A DNA stretch of 54,649 nucleotides, filler included, from Bipalium vagum (taxonomy: Eukaryota), in the NCBI GenBank assembly GCA_037834085.1. It is 3 parts of 3 records of this genome, joined end to end, with 100 filler letters (N's around TTAATTAATTAA, not from the genome) between each part and the next. Parts side by side here need not be neighbours in the genome. Positions count along the whole stretch, not along the records: positions 15,830 to 32,856 come from JBBMKC010081915.1; positions 32,957 to 54,649 come from JBBMKC010233391.1; 1 more part is not named here. One strand, given 5' to 3'. Under the pieces are notes generated by a model. That model saw only the letters and a program-made list of their open reading frames with translations. It was not told where the DNA came from and did not search any database. Position numbers and translations under genes: made by a program. Shown here piece by piece: positions 25,505 to 37,768 of the stretch (its first letter is position 1; every line of letters starts with the position of its first letter).

Positions 25505-27037
25505 CTGGAAACAGTTGAATGTTGATGGGAAAAACATTGAAAAATTCGCTTTAAAATTTTTAAATCAAGAAAAAATTGTAAGTATAAATGGAAAATTGTT
25601 GTTTTCTACCAAAGATAAAGAAAAACAACAGTTTTAATTCGTTTTCTATTGTTTCTTTTTTCAATGGATGAGTTGAAAAGATCGAAAAATTGTTATTGGC
25701 TAAATTCTTTAATATTGCGATTACTGGAAAGAAAAAGAAAGAAAATCATTTTAAAAATGCTGACAAATATTAAGTAGTATATTAAAAAGAAATTATTTTT
25801 TTAATCAATCATTTTCCCATTCGTCATTTGTAACGTTGTAATAAATTTAATTAAAATTAACTTATCCATTTAAATTTGTTTTAATGAACAAATATTTTGT
25901 AAGTAATAAAAAAATTAATTATTATTTATGTGATTAAATAGAAAATTTTTGTGAAGAATTTTAAAGTTCAGATCTGTTTTGAAATTTTATGTTATTAGAA
26001 AGTAACCTTATTTAAAGTTAATTTATGATAAAAATCAATTGATTAAACTTTAAAAATCACAATTAATGATTGCTTTTCAAACGTTTAGTAAAAATGGAAT
26101 TTGTTGATATTTTATTATTGGAGATAAAAGAACGAAATCGTTATAAAAAATCTAGATTATTGAATTCAAATAGAAAAGGCCTAAAGAAAAGGTTTTGGAA
26201 TAAAGGTATCAATGAATAGATCTTATAAAGTTGTGGGGAATGATTGACGGATGATCATATATTAAAGCTCATAATATTGAGAAAATCAATAATAATAAAA
26301 ACAGCACTCAATATCTAAGAAACCTGCTTTTCAGATTTAGTAGTACAGAAAATTGAAATGTTGAAATGAAATTTATTTTTTTTATTTTGATAAATCAGTA
26401 TATCGAAAATCGATATTTTTATGTGTTATGTTTTAATCGGAATCGTTCAGAAATCGTGGCTTTCTTCTCATGAAAACTTTAGTTAAAAGCTTTGGAATGA
26501 AATACCAAATTAGAGACATTTTCAATGAACAGGAGACGGAAATGAAAGACAAAACTTGACTAGATTTCACTATAATCACAATTACAGATTGTTAAGCTCC
26601 AATTCTATACAAGGTTTAGTATGAAAATATCAAATCATAATTTTTCTGATAAACCGTTATAAACATCAAAATGATGAGCTTATATCAGCTTGGCTCTAAC
26701 AAATATAATGTTATCATATATTTTGTTATAAGACTAAATCTATTTTATAAAGTTTGATGAAAAGAAAATTTTTGAAAAAAAAAACAATGACACTTGTAAT
26801 AAGATTTGCTCCATTCAGAGATTTTATTCAAATGTCATCTATAAAACAAAATACTTTGTTGCTGATGGAAATGTCACTTTTTCGTTGTGCTTCAGAAATT
26901 GTTGCTCATAAATCAGTTTTTCAGAATAAAATTGTAAAATATATTATTTTTTACTCGTGATCTCTTTTGGATTTTGTTTATTTAAAATTTGACAATGAAA
27001 AAAAAATTTATTTTTTTTATTTTTTTCATTACAATTA

Positions 27038-27340
27038 TATGAGGTGTTTTTGGAAAATTTTGAAAGTGACAAAATTAATTTAACACTTTAGCAGATATAT
27101 ATAGGCCATTTTAATATTTCATCTTTAATACTAACATATTTATAATATCATTTCCATATGTAAAGTCATTTGTTTAAATAATGTATTTTAATTTGACTTG
27201 AGGTCATTATGTGTAAAATGGGAAAATTGAATATTGAGGGATTATAAAAAATTCTTTGACGTGGAAGGATTATCCATAACAGAAACCCATACAAAAGTAT
27301 TAAAAGAAGTGTTACTTCTTTTTCAAAAATTCACAGATGA
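27038..27340 (+). mobile_element. Highly decayed mariner 5' fragment
   Basis: TATGAGGTGTTTTTGGAAAA resembles a TACGAGGTG TIR. 'MGKLNIEGL*KFFDVEGLSITETHTKVLK' resembles mariner N-termini. Confidence 0.45.
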
Positions 27341-29544
27341 ACTTTTCACTTATCATTGTCCTTATTGGTAAAAGTTTTAGTAACTATTATTTTTTTTATT
27401 ATTTTATAATTATCACTATTTTAAACTTATTTATTGATCAATAATCTAAATGCATAATCGATATGAATTTGTTAAACGTGCCACAGAATATAAAATAAAT
27501 GAAGAATAAGATTCTGATTTGAAATTCCCAAAACAACCAGGAAGGATAGTTTTGACAAGGAATTCAATTAATGCTTATTTAATAATTAATCCTGTCAATC
27601 ATTGTAAATAACATATAAAACAAAATTGTATGATTTTGTATATTTTTCAATGACAAAGTCGAATTTAAGAATTGGCATTTTATTTAATTTCAACTTATAA
27701 TTTTCAACAAATATATTCAATTATGTTTTCCATGCAGATGTGACATTTAGGGTTTATTGAATGTTATTTTCATCCTAAAGGCGACAAAATATTAAAATAT
27801 CAAAAATGGATTGGGAAAACATCATGAAAACGACCAGGTTCATGTTGAAATAAATACATTGCTGAAAAGAAAGTTAATTTTTATAAAAAAATCATGTTTC
27901 TGCTGAAGAGATTATCATTTTTGACGCATGAGATTGGACGAAATGTTGTTAACAGCAAATTAAAAATATTATTTTAATAATTTATTATTGTATGAATTAT
28001 TTAGTGCTATTTCATAAAAATATTATTGGTATTATTTCTCTTTAGTATAATTACAATTTTTGTTTTAATTGATAAAGCTGTACTTTTTATACAACTTTAA
28101 CAAAAACATATTTTTAAAAAAATTGTTTTTATTAGGCAAATTTCCGGTCATAAATTTATGCAAAACATTATTTAATATTAAGATGGAAAGATGGATAATA
28201 TTTACAAAGTCAGATATATAAAATAAAATAAAAATATATGAAGTTCTTATTAGAATTTCCTCAGCCTGTTGAAGTTTTTGTTATTTATATTATATTTTCA
28301 GTTGTGAAATGTATTTAACTTTGTCCTTATATTTAGTCTTCAAGAAAATTATTTTATGATTTTATTTTATTTCATCTCTTTTAAAAATCCAAAGATAACC
28401 GGTCTGTTCAATTATTTATTTATATATTTCCATTTTTTATTTATTATCATTTACATGGAAAAAAATCATTCAATATTTCAACCAGTGGAATTGGTGATTA
28501 TTTGATAATTGCCTTTAAAAAACCTGTAAAAAGATTGTACCAAAACCTCGCGTTACATAAATATTGTGCGCTTTAGTTAAAATTCTTTGGGGAATGAATA
28601 TTCATTTCATTGCCAAGATTTAATTATCCCATGTTATCCATGCATTAGTTATATCCCTCTGTTAATGTTTTTTCCAATAACATTATTGCACAAATAATTC
28701 TCGTTGTTAGACTAAATAATTTATCAAAAAACAAAAATTTGTTTAAATGAGGTTATATCACTTCAGATAAAGAGTTAACAATTAATATTATCTTAAGTTG
28801 TATGGAAAGTAAACAAATAATACTATCTTTATTTCAAAATATTATTTATTTTTTTTATTATTTTCTATTTTGAAGTGTAAATTCTCAAGTAAATATATTT
28901 TTTAAAAAAACTGAAATAAAATGAAAAAACGTCTCATGACCACAAAAAATCAAACAAATTCAATAAAAGTTTGAAAAATAAATAATTGATTTTCCTTTAA
29001 CGGCTCACTAAAGGAAAATATTTCGGGGAATGAAATTTTCCAATTTTAAACAATGAAAAATTATGATAAAAAACGCCATCATCACTGTCAAGAAGCAGGA
29101 CTTGTTTCCACAAAATTTAAATATTTCCCAGAAAATCAAGTAATTAATTATCAAATCTTTATCTAAGCTAAATAAAATTACAATTAATGTCCTTGTTTTT
29201 TCAATTGTTATTGGGAATTTGTCAAATATAACCAGCCGTCCACAATATCAATCTTCATGGAAAACAGTGATTTTTATTAGAAAACCATATTTAATTAATA
29301 TTATCTCCAGAAGAGACCCAGTCGTTTATGTACAAAAGTTGACGCCAATTGAAAAATTTCGTTGGGGATTTTTTAATATGTTTTAAATTAGTTATGAATA
29401 TTTGTGGTTTTTTATTCTGAAAATAATTTTTGTCATTTCATTTTGAGAACGGCTCGGCAATTAATTTTCGGTAATATTATTAATTATTATGGCTAATATT
29501 AAAAGGATATAATCTTAGCTATTTTAATATTATTGAGACTACTA

Positions 29545-29553
29545 CTACTATTA

Positions 29554-29611
<58 letters not shown>

Positions 29612-29625
29612 TATTATTATTATTA
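29545..29625. repeat. (ATT)n microsatellite
   Basis: Long, slightly imperfect ATT run. Confidence 0.92.
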
Positions 29626-32600
29626 CTTTACTATAATAATTATTATTAGTATTATTATTGTTGTTATTATTATCATTATTTTTTTATATTATTTTTTTAT
29701 TTTTATGAAATAAAATTTTCATTATATTTCTTTTGGCTTTTTTCCTACATGAGTAAAATCGATTTTTAAAGGATAAAAATGAACAAAAAAAATAAAAAAT
29801 AATCTTACTAGATTAATTTTGTTGAAATGCAAAAATGTTCAACAGATCTGAAAAAACTTTTAACTTGCGTTATTCTTCAATCAATAACAAAATGCCATAA
29901 AATGTCAGTTCCATTCATCAATAAATATATTAAAATTGAAATTGAGAAAAAAATCAGTAAACTTAGCTAAATTAATATTTCATAAAAAGATGGTGTTGTT
30001 GTCGTCATCGTCATCGTCTATCATGATGGTGAAGATGATGCATATTTTATTAATTATGTACAGAACTGAATTGACACAAAGCAACTTCATATATGTGCAT
30101 AGTTGGTAATGAAAATTGTTAGTTAGGCTGCATTTAAGTGGCATCACTGAAAAAAAATTGGCACAAAATTCTATCAAGTCCACAACATTTCGCACAATTG
30201 AATTTCAGAGCATCCACCAGCCTCATTTCAATGCATATCATCACATACACTCACATGTGCACACATGCACAAGACTCATCAATTATGATGATATTCAACC
30301 AGTCATAATTGAAAAAGTATAAATTTTGTATTTATTTACTTATTTATTTCACTGGTTACTTTTTTTGAAAACCATCTATTTTCACAGACTTTCTTCAAAT
30401 AAGTCAGGCATCAACATTTCCTACACCCACACACACACACTCAAACAGACATTTGCACACATTTCTCTAATCTAATGGTCAGAAGCGATCATAACCAATG
30501 ATTGTGTGTATTGTTGATTTTTTCATGTAATTCACCACAAACATTGTATATTGCAAGGCTGTATGTCTGTCCACGATTATGTGCCATATCCAGTGAAATT
30601 AATACTACAGGTTGACAAATAAAATAAAATAAATAAAATATAAATTTCATAAATATGACAAAATGATATATATTTATAGAAAAAACATATTTTGCACCGC
30701 TTTATGTAAACTGTAAAATTTGCAAGATCTTCATATTATTCTATCACAATTTGAGTTGACAAACAGCTGGCATACTTCATGAATAAAATATGAAAATAAC
30801 CATTTTAATTATTAATAAATAAACTATTTTATAACACAACACACATATGGTGTTGAATTAATTACTTTCTGAATTCTTATTTTTTAATATCGTTTATGAA
30901 GCTTATCTTAAAAAATTGCTTTTTGTTCAATGTCTGCGCCGCGTAGTTAATTTTCGTATTGATTTTGATTATTTCAGACTGAAACTAATATTTTCATGAG
31001 GAATTCTGAATAAAATATTCGGTTTACTTGTTTTATATGAAGAAGACTACTTAATTTTTCTTAAAATATCTGATAACTGATTTATTTATTATTTTTGTCA
31101 TTTATTTTAATGAAACTTTTTTAATTAATTAATTTTTTTAATTCCATATTTATTTATTTATTTTTATTATTAAAATTTTATTTTATAGATTCAATTCTCA
31201 GATATATTTTTTAAAATATTTATTATTTTCTTTTAGTAGAAAATATTCTGTAAAATATGATTATAGAAAAATGAATTATTTTCTTAATAAATTAAGCACT
31301 TATTTTATTATATTTAATGTATTTCATTTCAAGAAAATCTATAAAATATAATTATATTTTTATGTCCAAAGGTCAGTTAAAAAATGACGTCTGTTTACAA
31401 TTTTTTAAACTATTTTTTGAGTTTAGAAAACATCGTTGTTACTTTAAAAAGTATTAATTCAATTAAAAGTTAACAATAACCAATATTGTGATAGAATTTA
31501 TTTATAAATCTTGTGGAGCCAACATTAAAAAGTCTGAAGTCTGTGGACAAAAAATTGAATTTATCTATACTTCAAAGATCAATAGTATATAAAAATGAAA
31601 TAAAGATCAAACTAAAAGTGAAGGAGCTCAAAATGTTGAAAAAGAGATTTTTGAAACTAAAGATTTAACCCCTATTAACAATCCTTTTACATTCAGTGAA
31701 TTATCAATTCGCAAATTATGCTTCAAAGAAGTAAAAATCACTTCCTGTAAAATCAAGAAATGGAAATTTTTACTAATTTTATGTGTGAATATATGTATAT
31801 GTTGAGTTTCTCAAAGACACCCAGTAAAAACAAAAGAAATCTGATACCCCATAAAATACTCCTTTGAAATATGAATTAATTGTTAATTAATTAATTAATT
31901 AATTAAGTAACAAATTTTAATTAATCATTAAAAATACGCTCAATAAGTTTCATTGACGAAGTTATTAGAATTTGATTGAGAAGATTATTGAACTTTATTG
32001 ACTAAGGTTTTTCAAGTTCTATTTACAAAGATTAACGAAATGTATCTATCATGTATTCTCATTTATGCTAATAAATTTTTCTTTGGGATATTGTTTAAGT
32101 TCCCCACCAGAGGGCAACTATAAAGGCTCAGCTGATAGTTGTGGAAGCTTACATGAAGACCAGCTGTAAGATTGTTTATGTTTTTCTTTATTATTAATTG
32201 ATAATTTTTATTTTAATTTCTGTTTTAATTTATTGATTTTTGTAATTAACCGTAGTCTTTAATAGACATTTTTGTTTTAATTGATTGATTTTATTGTCTG
32301 ATATTATCCAAGGCATTTCAGACCTTCGAGATATTATTGATTTTGGTGATCCCTTTATTCAGTTTGACGATTTTATGATATTGTTATCATTGTGATTTTG
32401 TGTGAGCTTTTATGATGCAAATACAAATTATTGCTTTACTGATTGTTGTTATTTTCCACCACCTAAGAGTTGGAGTTAAATTAAATTTGATAAACTGAAT
32501 ATTGAACAGATATTTTTTACTATGATCAGTAAGCATTAAGATCAAGATATTGAAAATTGCATAATCCAATTACGTGTATAACTTACAAAATTTACTATAA

Positions 32601-32856
32601 AATGCATCAAATTTTGTTGTATCTGTACTGATTTTTGTCTAAGTAAGACATCTTCTCCCAACTCTTGTAAATTTTATCAATTTGGATTAACAGGAACATG
32701 AACTATAACCGCAGCCTATAAGAATTTTTTTATTTTTTTGAAATTAATATAAACTGATGTGTTGGGTTATGGGTTTTTAGTGTTGTTAAATATAGCTGTT
32801 ATTTAGTTTCTAATTTGCTTACCCAAAACTCAACACTAAGCTCGTTTCAAAAATCA

Positions 32857-32956
32857 NNNNNNNNNNNNNNNNNNNNNNNNNNNNNNNNNNNNNNNNNNNN
32901 TTAATTAATTAANNNNNNNNNNNNNNNNNNNNNNNNNNNNNNNNNNNNNNNNNNNN
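32857..32956. other. Artificial scaffold linker N44-TTAATTAATTAA-N44
   Basis: Identical 100-nt design to 15730-15829. Confidence 0.98.
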
Positions 32957-33691
32957 TCAAAAACAATGATATCGGTCCTGTTCTGATTATTTAAACAATA
33001 ATCATTAATAAATTTAATTATTTCCATTACAATATGAATAAAATATTTTTCCTATCTTACTATATTTTTTCTCTTTGGTATAAATAAAATATCAAATTAA
33101 AATAATATATCAAATAATAATAATTCTCTAACATTTCATTATCAATTTCATGCATAGATTGACAAATATTATAATATATAATATATATAATAATATATAA
33201 TATAATGAACATCTTTGAACCTTTTAAACATTTTAAGGTTTTATTTTCTTATTCTACCTATCTATTATATAATTATTATTTTATTATTATTATTTATTAT
33301 CACCTTTATTTTTAAAGCTGGAAAGATTATGATAATTATATCATTTCCCTGACAATTAATCTGCGGTCGTAATCTCTTCTGACCATGTATTCAAATTTAT
33401 ATTCAACATAACATATATCTGAGTTTGTTTAATTGGATGAAATATATGAAACAGGTAAACTTGGATGATATGCAGGTACTGCAATTTTTCCATACATCAG
33501 TTTAATATGATTATAAAGATTACAACTCATTACAAACTTTGGATATTAATTTCCATAATTTACTGAATTAATCATCTATATATCTCTATCACATGGAACT
33601 ACTATAGATAAAAATAATAAGAAAAAATTTTTTTATCTTAAATAATACATAAAATAATAAAATAAATAACTGAGGAAAAAATACACACATA

Positions 33692-33860
33692 CAGGGTGAT
33701 CGAGTAGAATTGGCGCGGAAAATTAATTAATGAAAAACAACTGTAAAAGTTATAATTTTAAATATTTGTTACAAATTACAAATAAGAACACAAAGTGGTT
33801 ATTAATAGATATAATTCATTCAATAAATCTGCCTTTTGCATTAATAACCGCCTCGTATAT
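33692..33860 (-). mobile_element. 3' end of a Tc1/mariner-superfamily (maT/DD37D-like) element
   Basis: TA|CAGGGTG terminus; minus strand ends 'EAVINAKGRFIE*', a typical transposase C-terminus. Confidence 0.65.
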
Positions 33861-34659
33861 ATGAATCTTTAATTTCAGTAAGTATTTTCTTTGATAACCA
33901 TTTTTTTTCAACATTAAAAAATATTTTTTAGATTTTCTTATTTCATATTATATTTCAATATATTTAATTAATTTAAGCCAGTCATTCTCATGAAGAAAGA
34001 AGAAATTTAAAAGAAATTGAAAAAAAGCTGGAACTAAAATATTCTAAATTTAATAATCGATCTTATTATATATGGAATTAATCAAAAAATGGAAAATTAA
34101 AACTGAGGAAAAAATGATAGAGATAAGAGCAATTGAAAATAAAATAAGAAATGAATCACAAGAAAGAGAAAAACATATAGATACAATGAAAACATTTCTT
34201 TCTCTAAATGATTATAAAAAACATGTAAAAAATGAAAAATATTTTTATTTGGGAATCAGCTAAGAAATATGTAATATTTCAACATTAATTTTAAATTTTA
34301 AATATCCTAAAAAATTTGGAAAAAGAGGAAAACATGGTTATTATGATTATCTGATATTATTTGCATATTTTTTATATAATCATTTTTGGCTATTATTGGA
34401 TTTATTAATTTAATTTTAAAATCTTCTAATTTAATTTCATTTTTACTGCCCATTTTTGTATTCCATTATTTTTACGTTTTTCTATTTATCATCATTTGAA
34501 ACATCTTTGTTTCATAAGCATATGATTTTGATGTAATTGCTACAAATTCTTTTATTATTTCTCCTTATTTCACCAGTACTTTCCTAATAATTTAATTTTT
34601 CGTATTATCATCTTTTCTAATTTTAAAAATAGAGGAAATTTATTTTTTTTATATTCTTA

Positions 34660-35320
34660 AAAATCCATCCAATCTTTCATACATAATTAATTTTGATAAT
34701 TCTAATATAAAAAATGTACAACACCCTAAATAAATTGATTTATCCATTTTTGTTCCATATATTTTTATTATGATTTTTTTATATTGCCATAAGATTATTT
34801 GAAAAATTTCTTTTCTTTGAAATGTTGATTTACTTATTTGTTTATTTTCTTCCTCTTCCTTTGTTAATAATTTTATATTTTCTTAAATTTTCCGTGGTTT
34901 TTCAAAAGAAAGATTTATTCATTAATTTGTAATTATCTTTTCAAATTTGTATTTGCCTTTTTAAAATATTTTTATAAATATTCTTTTAACCATGGATTCT
35001 GTTTAAAAGATATTACTTGGTGAACTTTTGTAACATTCGCAAATCTAAGATAAAATTTAAGTATTTCATAATGAAATAATTTATTTTTGGTTTTAAATTT
35101 AAAATTAATTTTAAAACTGAAGCTCTACTTCTCAACTTTGCTGAGTCTTTTGTATGTGATTGATTATTTATTGCTAATAAATAGATTTGATAATCAGATA
35201 ATTCTTCATCTTCAAAAATTCTAGAAACCCGAACTAATGGATAAGATTAACGATATATTTTTGCTTCTTTTTTTAAATACTCTAAATCCATTTCACAAAT
35301 AAATCTTAAAGTCACCTAAT
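34660..35320 (-). mobile_element. Polinton/Maverick protein-primed DNA polymerase B fragment (copy A)
   Basis: 'FICEMDLEY...YPL...LSDYQ', 'HYEILKFYL...TKVHQVISFKQNPWLKEY', motif B 'FEKDNYKLMNKSFF*KTTENLRK', and 'MDKSIYLG...ILELSKLIMYE'. Frameshifted. Confidence 0.85.
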
Positions 35321-35369
35321 CTTCCCTTGATTAACTTTACGTAATAAATAATGATCAATAAGTTAAGAA

Positions 35370-35590
35370 GAATCTTCAGAAAAATTATAATTTGAATTAT
35401 TAACATAAACTTTCTCCTTCAGATATCTCCAAAGAAAATAATCTGGAGCTGATAAATCTGGTGAACGAGGCCAGTTGACTTTCGAGTTTCTTGAAATTAT
35501 CCGTTTACCGAAAATTTTACCTAAGTTTTTATATTGAAAATATAATTCTACTATTTTCGTTCTCTGACAAATTGGATATCAGTTTGACAT
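35370..35590 (-). mobile_element. Internally deleted rosa/DD41D-like Tc1/mariner transposase
   Basis: N-terminal 'YPICQRTKIVELYFQ' lies next to 'GKRIISRNSKVNWPRSPDLSAPDYFLWRYLKEKVY'. Confidence 0.75.
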
Positions 35591-36297
35591 TAATTTCCTG
35601 GATTCGATTTTTGTCTAAAATAATTTAAAAAGAAATCAATTTCAAAATTGATTTTTTTAATGAATTTTTAAAATCAATTAGTTACCTAAAATATGTATTA
35701 AAAATATGTTCGAAATAAATTAAATATTTTATTTTAAGGCAGAATAATATAGCTAAAAATGAATAAAATTGTACTTTAATGTCCTGCTCTCAAAGTCTCG
35801 TATTACATAGTATAACTTTATCAAATAATCATATATCCAAGATTAATAATCAAATAAAGTAACTAAAACAGCCTTTCAAAAAATTTTAAATTAAATTTTT
35901 TTAAATATATTTAATATATAACAAATAATAATCAGATAACAAATTTCTTTTCTGTAAAAGATTTCTTTTAAATTTTTTTTCAAATAATAAGGAACAATTC
36001 AATATAACAAAGAAAACTAAATTTTTTTATAAATTTACAGAAAAATAATAAAATTATATTTACATTGAATTTATTGATATTTCAAATTTTATTTTTAAAA
36101 ATTATTAATAGGTTAAGAGAAATTCAAAACATTTTTATTAATTTCATAATTATTTTTACTGAACATTAAGTTTCAAAATGCTTTTATTTTTAAAAATGTT
36201 CACTTATTATTTTAAGCAAACAAATGAATAAATTAGAATGAAATTAAGTTTAATTATTTATTAAATTTTAAAATAAATTCATTTTATATTTACTTAC

Positions 36298-36431
36298 GAT
36301 TGATTCATTTTGTGCCATTGCTTGGGACCCAGATATTTCTTATAGTCATTATAACCCCATACAAAAGCATCTACAAACATTAGCAGTTAAATAGTAAACA
36401 TAAAACCAACCCGCAGGATCATCAAACTCAT
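36298..36431 (-). pseudogene. Orphan first exon resembling a secreted alpha-carbonic anhydrase N-terminus, with an in-frame stop
   Basis: MSLMILRVGFMFTI*LLMFVDAFVWGYNDYKKYLGPKQWHKMNQS followed by a perfect GTAAGT donor. Signal-peptide-like start and WxY...GPxxW motif. Confidence 0.55.
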
Positions 36432-37079
36432 ACTCTACAAAAATTTATATCAGATAAACCAAAACTTAAAACAAACCCGCTAAAATGGATAAAATGATAT
36501 TTGATAAAAAAACAAGTCTTAAGATAAACATTTGAACACTAGACATCTTGATTAATCAATATATATAAATATTAAATTAATCAATTAAGAGAAAATAAGT
36601 TTTTGTTAATATTATGAATTAGAGTATTAATTCAATCTAATTACGCTACATGTCTGTGAATTTATCTTTAGTTCTATTTAACTACCGCCTTCGTCACGCA
36701 TTTCTTCTACGAAATTTTTTAATTAAGGCCAAGTAGTTCAGAGGAACTGACGACGTTTATTAATATTCTCAAAGAATTTTATAAAAGTGGAATCTTCTCT
36801 GTCAAAACTATTTTACTTTTAGTTTTGTCTTGTAAAATAAAAACTATCTGTTGAAACTTTTTAAGAAAAGTTCCATTTCTTATGTAACATTTTAATAATT
36901 AAAAATTTGAAAAATATCAGATATTTAAAATTATAATTTTTTAATTATTTTATTTTCTAATTACACGATTACTGTAAAATAATAAAATATGTAACGGTTA
37001 ATTGAATTGGATGTAATTTATTAGGCCAGGAAAGTATTATTGGAGTTTAAATAAGCTTAGGTGTTAATAATGATTTCTT

Positions 37080-37768
37080 TTAGTAAAAATATTCTTTAGT
37101 ATTAACATTCTTTAAATACATCATTAGGTTTTTCATCTTTAAAATTAAATAACTCATCATTGAGATGATGCTTAATTTTATTTTCATTCTCATCTAAAAT
37201 AAATTCAACAAACAATGAATCAGTATCACCAAAATGAATTTTATATTTTTCCGGTAATTCTTTTTCTAAGCAATTATAAACAAAATCATATACCATTAAT
37301 TTAGAATACTCTAAAACATAGAATACCACATAATTAAATTTATCAAACTTAATATTTGAATTTTTCATGTGACATCAAATTATATTTTCTGTAAACATTT
37401 TTTATCTTTCAAAGATTATTTCAGATGCATTTAATCAAAAGTTTGTATTAATTGAAACTTTTAACGTTTTGTTTATTTCTCACATTTTCTAATTTTTTAC
37501 TATAGAAGAATTATTTAAAAGTTTTAAAAAGAAATCGCCAAATTCATGACCATTTAATTTACATTCTTTCCTTTTTTCAATATTAAATTTATAATACCTT
37601 ATAAACATTTTGATTTCTTTAATACCAGTTTTGTATTTACATTTTTTTAAAATCATTCCTTAATCAAGATAGAAGTCTAATAAAAATCATTCAATTATAT
37701 ATTCATTTTTATCAAATTGAGTTAACATTAATTTCTCATTAAATATGTTACTTCTTTTAATTTTTTTC
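37080..37768 (-). mobile_element. Polinton pPolB C-terminal polymerase part (copy B)
   Basis: Motif B 'FNIEKRKECK...GDFFLKLLNNS..KKLENVRNK', 'KFNYVVFYVLEYSKLMVYDFVY', motif C 'FGDTDSLF'. Confidence 0.9.

Noticed and set aside
32103-32125. CTCF-like motif CCACCAGAGGGC next to TATAAA
   Set aside because: Single short match in probable retroelement debris; no supporting evidence.
31950-32856. Possible minus-strand Gypsy integrase tail and LTR ('VGEDVLLR..KFDAFY')
   Set aside because: Too degraded to support as a feature.
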